This document shows, one piece after another, positions 40,048 through 49,194 of a DNA stretch of 64,000 nt (its first letter is position 1; every line of letters begins with the position of its first letter). Source of the DNA: a virus; IMG/VR virus record IMGVR_UViG_3300045988_163643, positions 133,825 through 197,824 of that record; one strand, 5' to 3'. The position numbers and the translations under genes are program-made. The notes below the pieces were generated by a model. It saw nothing but the letters and a program-made list of their open reading frames with translations. It had not been told where the DNA came from and ran no database searches.

Positions 40048-40719
40048 ATGGCTATAGAAATTATAGATACCTTAAAACAGAAGAATAATGGTACTTTTGG
40101 TTTAGTAGATAGCAATGATATTATCGGTGGGTTTTATCAAACAGATAATATAACTGAAAGAAATTCCATACCTTTAAATAGAAGAAAGGAAGGTATGTTT
40201 TGTTGGGTTAAAGAAGAAAAAAAGGTTTTTCAACTAGTAGATGGATTAACTAATGAATGTTGGATTGAGTTTAAATCAGGTAGCTCAAATGGTGGAGGTA
40301 CTATAATAGATGGATATGCACATATATGGATAGGCGATAAACCACCAGAAGATAAAAATATGTTATGGTTAGATACTAATTCAGATGGAATATTAGAAGA
40401 TGAAACTGATATAGAAACAGTAAAAAAATTACTTAATAAAATATCTGATTTAGAAATAAAAATATCACTATTGACAAAAAGAGTTGCTTATTTAGAAAAA
40501 CATGGAGTCGTCAATCCTGATAAACCTGACACACCTGATACACCAATAAGTATCGGTTTATTATTAGAAGATGGAACACCTTTGTTACTTGAAGATGGAA
40601 CGCCTTTATTACTTGAAGAAGAAAAAAGTGAAGGTAGTAGTAATGTAATAAATGGAATATTATTAGAAGATAAAACAAATATATTATTAGAAGATAAGAC
40701 TCCATTATTATTAGAATAA
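40048..40719 (+). CDS. hypothetical tail-associated protein with C-terminal LLLEDG repeats
   Basis: 223 aa with a PDKPDTPDTP linker followed by GLLLEDGTPLLLEDGTPLLLEEE...ILLEDKTNILLEDKTPLLLE. Confidence 0.6.
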   Translation: MAIEIIDTLKQKNNGTFGLVDSNDIIGGFYQTDNITERNSIPLNRRKEGMFCWVKEEKKVFQLVDGLTNECWIEFKSGSSNGGGTIIDGYAHIWIGDKPPEDKNMLWLDTNSDGILEDETDIETVKKLLNKISDLEIKISLLTKRVAYLEKHGVVNPDKPDTPDTPISIGLLLEDGTPLLLEDGTPLLLEEEKSEGSSNVINGILLEDKTNILLEDKTPLLLE

Positions 40720-40739
40720 ATAGAGGAGATGATAAATAA

Positions 40740-42122
40740 ATGGCTACAGAAGGTAAAAAAATAAGTCAACTAACAGAAGTGTTAAGTGTTGACAAAGAAA
40801 ATGACTATATAATTGTACAACGTGGAGCAGATAATAAAAAGTTAAAATTAGCCAATGTAATGACAACAGATAATATGGGTGACAATTATGTTGATTTAAA
40901 ATCATATGAAGATAAAAGTGAATTTAGATTAATTATAAATGATGATGGAAAAGTTCAAGTATTTCCAAAGGAATGTGTTGAGGGTCATACTTATGCTGAA
41001 AATGATAATTTACAAATGCCTTTAAAATTAGCTAGTTATATAGGTAATTCTCAAACTGCATTATCTACTGTTAATAATGGAGGTATTGTTATTAATCAAA
41101 TTTATGGTGGTGGAGATTTAGTACCAACATCAACTTTACAAGCACCTAGCGTTAGTCATAGTTTTGTTGAATTATACAATCGTAATGTTGTAGATATTAA
41201 TTTAAAAGGATTATATTTACATTATAAAGGTAATGATGAAACTGTTTGGAAAACATTAGCGTTAAGAGGACTTTTACCAGCACACACTGCTTTTTTAATT
41301 AGAGGTAAACAACATGGAGATTTAATGAGTGATTTAGTAAGATGTAAAATATACGATTATGACCAAGAATGGATAGATTCTGATAAAAATGAACCTATTG
41401 CATTTAGTAGAAATGGTATGTCAATGTTTTTATCAACTAACTCAACTCCGCCTAATGCTAATGAAAACCCTAATAGATATCTTATAACAACTGATACTTC
41501 AGGTGTATCAACATTATCATATGTCAATGGATATTATGTAGATTTATTAGGTGTGGGTAGTGCTGATGGAACAAAAAACCCAGTTGCTTATGAAAAATTC
41601 TATTGGACTTGTATGGATAAAGATACTGCAATAAGAAGAATAGATTTTTATAATAATAAAAATAACAAATATGATACAAAAGCTATAAATTATAAAACTT
41701 GTAATATAGAACATTATAGACCAAGAAGTTTAAGAGATGGAATTTGGGATAACTATTGTGATAAAGCAACTATAAATGAAAACATACCTAATCTTATAGA
41801 TATAACTTTTGGTGAACAACCTACAACAAGACTTTTTACATGGCAATCTGTTTTAACAGATAATGGTTGTGTAAAACTTAGAAGAATAAAAGATAAAAGT
41901 GGAGTAGCAGTAACTGAAAATTGGAAAAAATATGAAAGTGAACGTGAAATAGTTAATAATCATGGTACATTTATGACAATACATAGAACTAAAATAACCA
42001 ATATAACACCTGGTTTATACGAATATCAATGTGGAGAAGAAGGTTATTGGTCAGATGTACAAATGATAGAAATGAGAGAATATACAGATAGTAGTACTAT
42101 TAAAATGCTTTGGACTACGGAT
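40740..42122 (+). CDS. LTD plus purple-acid-phosphatase-like metallophosphoesterase, exon 1 of 4
   Basis: Lamin-tail-domain signature SHSFVELYNRNVVDINLKGLYLHY and a PAP N-terminal-like beta domain. The exon ends ...KMLWTTD (motif I Asp). The TAA at 42123 is the first intron codon. Confidence 0.75.
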
Positions 42123-42446
42123 TAAATATTAGTCCCTATGTAAAGTGATTTATATAGCAAACCTCTTGAATTGCTGGGAAACCCTTAGAGCCTTAATACC
42201 ACAATATAAGAGAAATCATTATATGAAGGTTTGAAAAGTTTAAGGATTGGGTAATCAGCAGGTAAGATTCTAAGTTGTATAAACAATATGAATAAACTTC
42301 AACGAACAAGTATCCTAGTAGTCTAGGTAGTGGGAGGGGTCTCGAAAGAGATTGTGATATGCTCTACTCTCATGTGAAAGCATGAGCAGTTTTCTTTGAG
42401 TAAGAAAACGGGTAGAATAGTAACGATATTCTATTGAATATAAAGG
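42123..42446 (+). mobile_element. group I intron (324 nt, no ORF)
   Basis: P1 GGAT/GTCC with U.G at 42122 and a 3-bp extension, TTGAATTGCTGGGAAACCCTTAGAGCC core, and tail TGAATATAAAGG. The junction is in frame (TTD-QQG). The P7 strands diverge (CAACGAACA / GATATGCTC). Confidence 0.8.
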
Positions 42447-42570
42447 CAACAAGGTTTCACTCAACCTGAGTATGAAGCATGGAGAACTTGTGTTAAAGCT
42501 ATGCAAACTAGAACTGATTTTTATAATAATTATGGCTTACCTGTATTTGATTTTCATTTGAACACTGGAG
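42447..42570 (+). CDS. metallophosphoesterase, exon 2 of 4 (124 nt)
   Basis: Only open frame: QQGFTQPEYEAWRTCVKAMQTRTDFYNNYGLPVFDFHLNTG(D). Confidence 0.75.
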
Positions 42571-42935
42571 TAACAAATTAAGCTCCCTATGTAAATAAAT
42601 TGCATAGCAAACCCTTTGAATTGCTTGTAATCCCTAAAGTCAACTAAACTACAACGTGATTGGAAACGATGAGCGTGAATGTGGCGAAAGCAGAAAAAAT
42701 TAGTTGAATTGTATATGGTTAAATCCTAAGTACTATAAACAATGGGTGTCTAGCAGGTAAGATTCTAAGTTACTATAAGTAATATGAATAAACTTCAACG
42801 ACTATATATACTAGTAGTCTAGTTAGTGGAGGGCATCTCTTTATGGGATGATGATATAGTCTACTCTCATATGAAAGTATGAGCAGTTCATAAGAGAACG
42901 GTATAAAGTATAACGAACTTTATATGAATATTAGG
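42571..42935 (+). mobile_element. group I intron (365 nt, no ORF)
   Basis: P1 GGAGT/GCTCC, TTGAATTGCTTGTAATCCCTAAAG core, CAACGACTA ... GATATAGTCTAC, and tail TGAATATTAGG. Junction +/-1 nt. Confidence 0.8.
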
Positions 42936-43033
42936 ATATTTCACAAAATGCATCTAATTTATTTGAATGGTTGTATTACACTGATTATGGTGAAGAATTT
43001 TGTAGAAACATTCCTCACTTAACTGCATGTGGT
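42936..43033 (+). CDS. metallophosphoesterase, exon 3 of 4 (98 nt)
   Basis: (D)ISQNASNLFEWLYYTDYGEEFCRNIPHLTACG. Together with exon 2 this gives GDIS (motif II) and ends at the G of motif III. Confidence 0.75.
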
Positions 43034-43347
43034 AAATGTTAGCCACCTTTACATAGTGATATGTAATGAAAAACTCATTGAATTGCTGGAAAGTCCTAAC
43101 GTAAAGACGAGGATAATCAGCAGGGAAGTCCCTTTAAAATGGGAAACCTTCAACGACTATCCCTTAGATGTTGAAATACATCAATAGGAGTACGGCTCAA
43201 GTGATTGGAGTGGGTGAAAATCCCTTAAATGGAAGTGGTGAGCATCTCAATAGAGATGAAGATATAGTCTACTCTCATGTGAAAGCATGAGCAGTTTTCA
43301 TGTAAAGAAAACGGATTAAGTGTAGCGAACTTAATTGAATATAAAGG
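43034..43347 (+). mobile_element. group I intron (314 nt, no ORF)
   Basis: P1 TGGT/GCCA with U.G at 43033, TTGAATTGCTGGAAAGTCCTAACG core, CAACGACTATCCC ... GATATAGTCTAC, and tail TGAATATAAAGG. The junction is in frame (ACG-NNDLV). Confidence 0.85.
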
Positions 43348-44361
43348 AATAATGACCTCGTTGATAAAAAATATGGTTTTGCTTATGAACATTATGCTAC
43401 ATATGAAAATGTACCTAAATTAAATGATTATCATAAAGAAGTTCAAGCAACAACAGATTTTCCTATGGTATCTACATATTCTTTTGATTTAGGATTTACT
43501 CATTTTATATGTATAAATTCAAATCAAGAACAAATGTATAATGATTATGGTATAAATCAAACAGAATTTTTATTAAAACAAGCTTACTTCCTAGATAGAG
43601 ATTTATGGAAGGTTAGTAAAAGAACTACAAAACCTAAATGGGTAATTGTATATGCACATTTAAGTCCTTTTACTGTAACAAGAGCAAAAAGATTACAACA
43701 TTGGATACCTATACTTGAAAAATATAATGTAGATTTATTCTTATGTGGTCATAACCATACATATTCAAGAAGTATACCAATAAAATGTGGATATGAAAAA
43801 TCTGCATATGCAGATATGATAAATGAAAAAAATTATAATACCTATGTACCAAAAAGTGGTAAAAATTACACTTTAGTAAATGAAACAAAATTAAGTGGTA
43901 GTGAGATAACTAGAAGTGCTAACATATCTCAAGGTGTTTATTATGTGATGTTCCAAGCAGGTGGTGCTAAACAAAGTGGTAAAGAAAAAGCTATTGATTT
44001 AAGTACTATGACATTCTTAAATAGCACTGGTGGAACAGTAACAAGTGGTACTGAATATACTAAACATTTCCATAGTGGAACAAATAGACCTTGGTGGTAT
44101 GAATATACTAGCTCTTTACCAGTACAACCTTGTTTTGCAACTTTAGATATTTCACCAACATCAATAAAAATGAGTATGAATTATGTTAAAGAAGTAGAAG
44201 CTATAGATAAAGAAACTGGCGTAATGACTGTAGATAAATACGACCCAAATAAACATACAATTGTTAACTTTGATAATTTAACAATAAATTATTCAGATAG
44301 AAATCCAGCTTATAGAACTGGAGTATCTGCTCCTTATTATGACGAGAATAAAAATTATTAA
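43348..44361 (+). CDS. metallophosphoesterase, exon 4 of 4
   Basis: NNDLVDKKYG...WVIVYAHLSPF...DLFLCGHNHTYSRS (PAP motifs III-V). The four exons total 2,619 nt, which is 872 codons plus a stop. The ORF track begins only at internal M 43465. Confidence 0.8.
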   Translation, partial: NNDLVDKKYGFAYEHYATYENVPKLNDYHKEVQATTDFPMVSTYSFDLGFTHFICINSNQEQMYNDYGINQTEFLLKQAYFLDRDLWKVSKRTTKPKWVIVYAHLSPFTVTRAKRLQHWIPILEKYNVDLFLCGHNHTYSRSIPIKCGYEKSAYADMINEKNYNTYVPKSGKNYTLVNETKLSGSEITRSANISQGVYYVMFQAGGAKQSGKEKAIDLSTMTFLNSTGGTVTSGTEYTKHFHSGTNRPWWYEYTSSLPVQPCFATLDISPTSIKMSMNYVKEVEAIDKETGVMTVDKYDPNKHTIVNFDNLTINYSDRNPAYRTGVSAPYYDENKNY

Positions 44362-44374
44362 AGGAGATGATTAA

Positions 44375-47087
44375 ATGTCTATTAAAAGATGTATTGTTAA
44401 AGACGGAAAAGAACAATGGATAGAAGTTGCTGGAGGAAGTAGCACTATAAATACAGGTGAAGCGATAAACGTTAGTATAAAAGATAATAACGATTTATTT
44501 GAAAGTACAAACGTCGAAGGAGCCTTAAGTGAGTTAGGAACTGATTTGCAAAATGTTAGCAATAAATTAACAAATCACGTAAACAATTCTTCTATACATG
44601 GTGGAGGTGGAGGTGGTGGTAGTATGCCTACCATCACTTCTGATTTTACTATAAATAAATCAGATGGTATAAGCGAAATAGAAATACCAATATTTTTTAA
44701 TTCACCTAACTTAGGTGAAGGTTTAGCTTATATATTAGTTAGTAATGTTGAAGTAGGTACACAAACTGTTCAACAAGGTAACAATACGATTATAGTTCCT
44801 CCTTTGGGAGCTGGTAAAAATATAATTATATCAATATATGTAAAAGATAGAGCAGGTTTAATATCTAACCAAATAAACTGGACAGTAACAAGTGGTGGTA
44901 TAACATTAACAATGCTTACTGACACAAGTGCAGATTATGGTGTTACAAGTAGAATAGTTTTATCATATACAATATCTTCTATGACTGGTGAAGATATTAA
45001 AGTTTATTTTGATGTAGATGGCACAACATATGAAACAAAAGGTACTAATGGATATAACACTTATGAAATTACAGGATTAGATATAGGTGTACATACTATA
45101 ACTTATTGGGCGACATCAGCAGAATATGAAACAAAACATAGTACATTTACACTAATAGTAGTAAGTAAAGACCAAATAATATTATCAACTCAATTTGATT
45201 CAACAATTGAATATGAAAGTGGTATACCAATTAGTATACCATATAGATTATCAGTAGATAGAGATGATGATTTTATTGTAAATTTATATATAAATAATGT
45301 TTTAGATAAAACCATAGTAACTAGACCAACTTCATTGTATTGGACTATATCATCATTAGACCCTGGTGATTATACTTTAAAAATAGAAGCAAAAAATGAA
45401 TCTTTAGGAATGAATAATCATATAGAATTTGAATGTAAAGTTATTCAAAGTGAATATACTAGAATACAACCAGTAATAGATAGTTCTTTAATAGCTTGGT
45501 TTGATGCAACAAATAGAACTAACAATGATAGCGATAGGGATGTTTGGACTGATAAAATAAAAGGCAATAAAGGTTATCTTTATAATTTTAACTATGGTTC
45601 TAATGGATGGTTAAAACAAAGTGGTAAGGAAATTAGTGAACTTGTTATGAATGGTACTGCTTATGTTGAAATAGACATGACACCTTTTGCTGATAACTTT
45701 AAAAATGGTGGTGTAATCGAATTAGTATTTAAAACTAGAGATGTTGGTAATAGTAATGCTAGAGTTTTAGATATAACAGATACACTATCACCATATAAAG
45801 GTGTTTATATTGATACAAGAGAAGCATATTTATCTACTTCATCACAATCTATAAATGGTTCTATAGGTGAAGATGAATATATACAAGTGTTATATAATAT
45901 AGATAGAATTAACAAATATTGTCATATAGTTGTTAATGGAGTAATAATAAAATCTTGTAAATTAGCTGATAGTGGTAGTGGTACTTCTGCTATATTAGAA
46001 TCATTAGCTCATTCTAAAAAGATTTATTTAAATTCCCAAAAAGGAACTAATAATTTTGGCTCTTGTGAAATAGCACATTTGAGAATATATGATAGAAACT
46101 TTACTTTTGATGAAATATTGCAAAACTTTTTATCAAATTACGATGATTTAAAAGTACAAAAAAGTAAATCGGATTTTAATAATCCATTAAAGAATATAAT
46201 GCCTATCATGAATATAACTGCTGACCAAAAACGTTTAGATGATATGACAGATACAAATAGAGTTGAAGTTGCTATGACATATACATCTCCTAATGCAGAT
46301 TTATATGGACAAACTTTAACTAACGCTAGTAACTGTTTAATGTATTGGCAAGGTACATCTTCTATAGCATATAATATTAAAAACTTTAATATATTACTTA
46401 GAGATGAAAATAGACAACCAATAATGTATAGTCCTTTTAAAAATTGTATACCACAAGATTTATTTTGTCTAAAAGCAAACTTAATGGAATCTACTAATGC
46501 TCATAACGTAGGTATAGCTGAATATGTTCATGATTACTTATATACAACTTTGAATCCTGCACAAAAAATAGATAGTAGAGCTAGTAGAACAGTACAAGGT
46601 TTCCCTATATTACTTTATATAAATGGTGAATTACAAGGTGTATATGACTTCAACTTAGATAGATATTCAACAAAAGCGTTTGGATATGAATTAGATGAAT
46701 ATAAAGATACTTGTAGAGCATATGAAATTTCAGCAAATACTAATAAAACTGCTGGTGCATTTATTCCTTGGACTAAGGAAACTGGTGTAGATGAATGGAC
46801 ATGGTATAAAAATGACTTTGTAGGTATATATCCTGAACGTATACAAAATTCAATTAATGATGATTTCTCTGCATTAAAAACATTAATATCATTTGTGCAT
46901 GATTCTACTGATGAAGTTTTTACTACAAATTTCGCTACATATTTTGATAAAGAATCAGTAATAAGATATTACATTTTAGTTCTAGTACTTGGTTTAGTGG
47001 ATAGTTTAGGAAAAAATATGAAGCTAGTAACATTTGATGGTGTTAAATGGGAAATACAAGTATATGATGCTGATACGGCTTTTGGGT
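44375..47087 (+). CDS. giant fibre-like protein with LamG-like and CotH-like domains, exon 1 of 3
   Basis: N-terminal VEGALSELG and a poly-Gly stretch, Ig-like repeats, and a LamG-like block (...AHLRIYDRNFTFDEI). CotH-like segments VQGFPILLYINGELQGVYDFNLDR and KNMKLVTFDGVKWEIQVYDADTAFG. The 30-aa ORF tail after 47087 is intron read-through. Confidence 0.7.
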
Positions 47088-47165
47088 TAATAATAGCTCA
47101 AATAAAACCTTTTCTGATATACGGCGAAACTCCTGGAGAGGACAACGCCTTCCAACTATTATTTA

Positions 47166-47194
47166 TTGACAAATTATAAAAATATATGTATAAT
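47166..47194 (+). promoter_or_regulatory. sigma-70-type promoter inside the intron
   Basis: TTGACA (47166-47171), 17-nt spacer, TATAAT (47189-47194), then AGGAGG RBS 47218-47223. Confidence 0.7.
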
Positions 47195-47230
47195 ATAAAT
47201 ATAAAGAGAATATATATAGGAGGTGATTAT

Positions 47231-48088
47231 GTGTGTAAGAAAGAGAATAGTTTTGCACAATGGTTTATAAATGAATTTGGATTAGAAAAATTTAACACTG
47301 TCATAAATCATGAAAAAAATAAATCATTAGGCATAGATATTTGGAACGTATCAAAGAGAAGTGGTTGTAAAATTTGGTTTAAATGTGAAAATAAAGATTA
47401 TCACGAATATCAACTTACAGCCGATAAATATTTTATTGGTAATAGATGTAAATATTGTGGCAGAACAAAATATGTTCATCCAAGAGATTCGTTAGGTCAA
47501 TATATAATTGATAACTTTGGAGAAGATTTTTTAAATAGAATATGGTCAACAAAAAATAAAAAATCGCCTTTTGAATATACTATTGGAACTGAGAAGAAAG
47601 TTTGGTTTAATTGTATCAATGGTATTCATGAACCAAAATTAAGACAAATAAAAAATTCTGTTGCTAACGACTTTAAATGCCCATTTTGTTTAAAAAATTG
47701 CCATATTTCAAAATTAGAAAAGAAAGTGTTTTTATATTTAAAAAGCATTTTTAAAAACATAAATAGAGAAAGCAATTGTAATTTAATACCCAAAAATCCT
47801 AAAACTAATAAAATAATGCCTTATGATAATGAGATAGTGGACATAAAATTAATAATAGAAGTACATGGAAAACAGCATTATGAATTATCAGTAGATACAA
47901 GTGCATGGTTACATGGATTATCACCAGAAGAATATCTTCATAAAAGAAAATTGTATGATAGGTATAAAAGAATGTACGCAAAGTCCAATGGTTATTATTA
48001 TTTAGAAATACCTTATTGGGCTGATGATTTAGAGGAAACTTGGAAAATTATGATTGATGATAAAATAAAAGAAATATTAAGTCAATAA
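47231..48088 (+). CDS. intron-encoded homing endonuclease: Zn-ribbon modules plus Vsr/DUF559-like nuclease (divergent member)
   Basis: WFKCENKDYHEYQ...NRCKYCG and VWFNCINGIHEP...FKCPFCL modules, then ...PYDNEIVDIKLIIEVHGKQHYE...YLEIPYW. The GTG 47231 start is preferred because the track ATG at 47186 overlaps the -10 box. Confidence 0.7.
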   Translation: MCKKENSFAQWFINEFGLEKFNTVINHEKNKSLGIDIWNVSKRSGCKIWFKCENKDYHEYQLTADKYFIGNRCKYCGRTKYVHPRDSLGQYIIDNFGEDFLNRIWSTKNKKSPFEYTIGTEKKVWFNCINGIHEPKLRQIKNSVANDFKCPFCLKNCHISKLEKKVFLYLKSIFKNINRESNCNLIPKNPKTNKIMPYDNEIVDIKLIIEVHGKQHYELSVDTSAWLHGLSPEEYLHKRKLYDRYKRMYAKSNGYYYLEIPYWADDLEETWKIMIDDKIKEILSQ

Positions 48089-48280
48089 ATAATAGGGGAA
48101 CAACGACTGAGCGAAAAGGACTTACTATAAAGTAAGTATGCAACAGTCTGAACTCACACTATAACTCAAAATATTAAGAAATGTGAGAAGGAAAGTCATC
48201 AGTAACCAGACTGATTAAAGAAGAACTTTCCTCGCCAACTTAGGTTGGTCGGTAGCCTTTATGGTGAAAGTAACAGAATG

Positions 48281-48732
48281 TAGATAATACAGGAGCATTG
48301 AAATATGATGTAGATATAGAAGTTGACCCTGAACATTTCAATACTGCCGATTCAGTATTATGGACTAGAATTAGAGAATTATTCTATAACGATATAGTTG
48401 CTGAATATAATAATATGAGAAATCAAAACTTAACACCTGAAAAAATATATGAAAGTGTATTTACAAATCAAATAGAAAAAATACCTGAAAGTCAATATAA
48501 TCTTAGTACACAAAAGAAATATCTTGATACAGGTGAAAATATTATGATGTCTAATGGTAACAGATATTATAATTTGAAACGTTGGATAAAAGAAAGATTT
48601 ATATATTGTGATACTTTATTTGATTACACTCCTACAACTGCTAAGTATGTAACTGTACGTTCAGGAGTAGAAGGTAAGGCTTATTTGGATATAGAAACTT
48701 ATTATCCTATGTATATAACTATAGAATGGAGG
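48281..48732 (+). CDS. CotH-like giant protein, exon 2 of 3
   Basis: (L)DNTGALKYDVDIEVDPEHFNTADSVLWTRIRELFYNDIVAEYNNMRN...YITIEWR. Both ends are uncertain by a few nt. The ORF-track tail KQYSSYIEKSV* is probably intron sequence. Confidence 0.6.
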
Positions 48733-49194
48733 AAACAATATTCCTCGTACATAGAGAAATCTGTGTAGGACACAACTTTAATTGCAGGTAATGGGTAAAG
48801 CTCTACACCACAATATATCTGAAAAGAATATATGAAGGTACGAAAGTAGAAACAACGTAGAGATTCTCATACGGTTAAATCCTAAGTGAGAAGTGATTAG
48901 ATTCACACAATCCCTGTTCATGCAAGGAAGTTCCTAAGTGATAATCTTGTATCATATGGAAAACCTTCAACGACTATCCTGGAAAGATAAGTGAAATCCT
49001 TATCAATAGGAGTACGGCTCAAGCGATTGGAGTGGGTGAAAATCCCTTAAATGGAAGTGGGTTGCCCTTAACAGGTAATGCTGAAGGTGAAGAAATAGTC
49101 TACTCTCATGTGAAAGCATGAGCAGTTCTTTATTAAATTTTTAACATTTAATAAAGAACGATATGTATGTAGCGAATACATATGAATACAAAGG
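48733..49194 (+). mobile_element. group I intron (~462 nt, no ORF)
   Basis: TTAATTGCAGGTAATGGGTAAAGC core (same subtype as 17035-18783), CAACGACTATCC ... GAAATAGTCTAC, P9 hairpin, and tail TGAATACAAAGG with terminal G 49194. The 3' exon is in frame from 49195. The 5' junction is ambiguous (48732-48741). Confidence 0.75.

Larger units (their letters stand above)
47088..48280 (+). mobile_element. group I intron (~1,193 nt, distinct subtype) carrying a homing endonuclease gene
   Basis: 7-bp P1 TTTGGGT/GCTCAAA with U.G at 47087, CAACGACTG ... CAACAGTCTGAAC (P7), P9 hairpin CCAACTTAGGTTGG, and td-like tail AACAGAATG. An alternative terminal G at 48295 is also in frame. Confidence 0.75.

Noticed and set aside
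47186-47230. ATG 47186 as the start of the third endonuclease ORF
   Set aside because: This ATG overlaps the -10 box of the TTGACA-N17-TATAAT promoter and so would lie upstream of the transcription start. The in-frame GTG 47231, 7 nt after AGGAGG, fits better.
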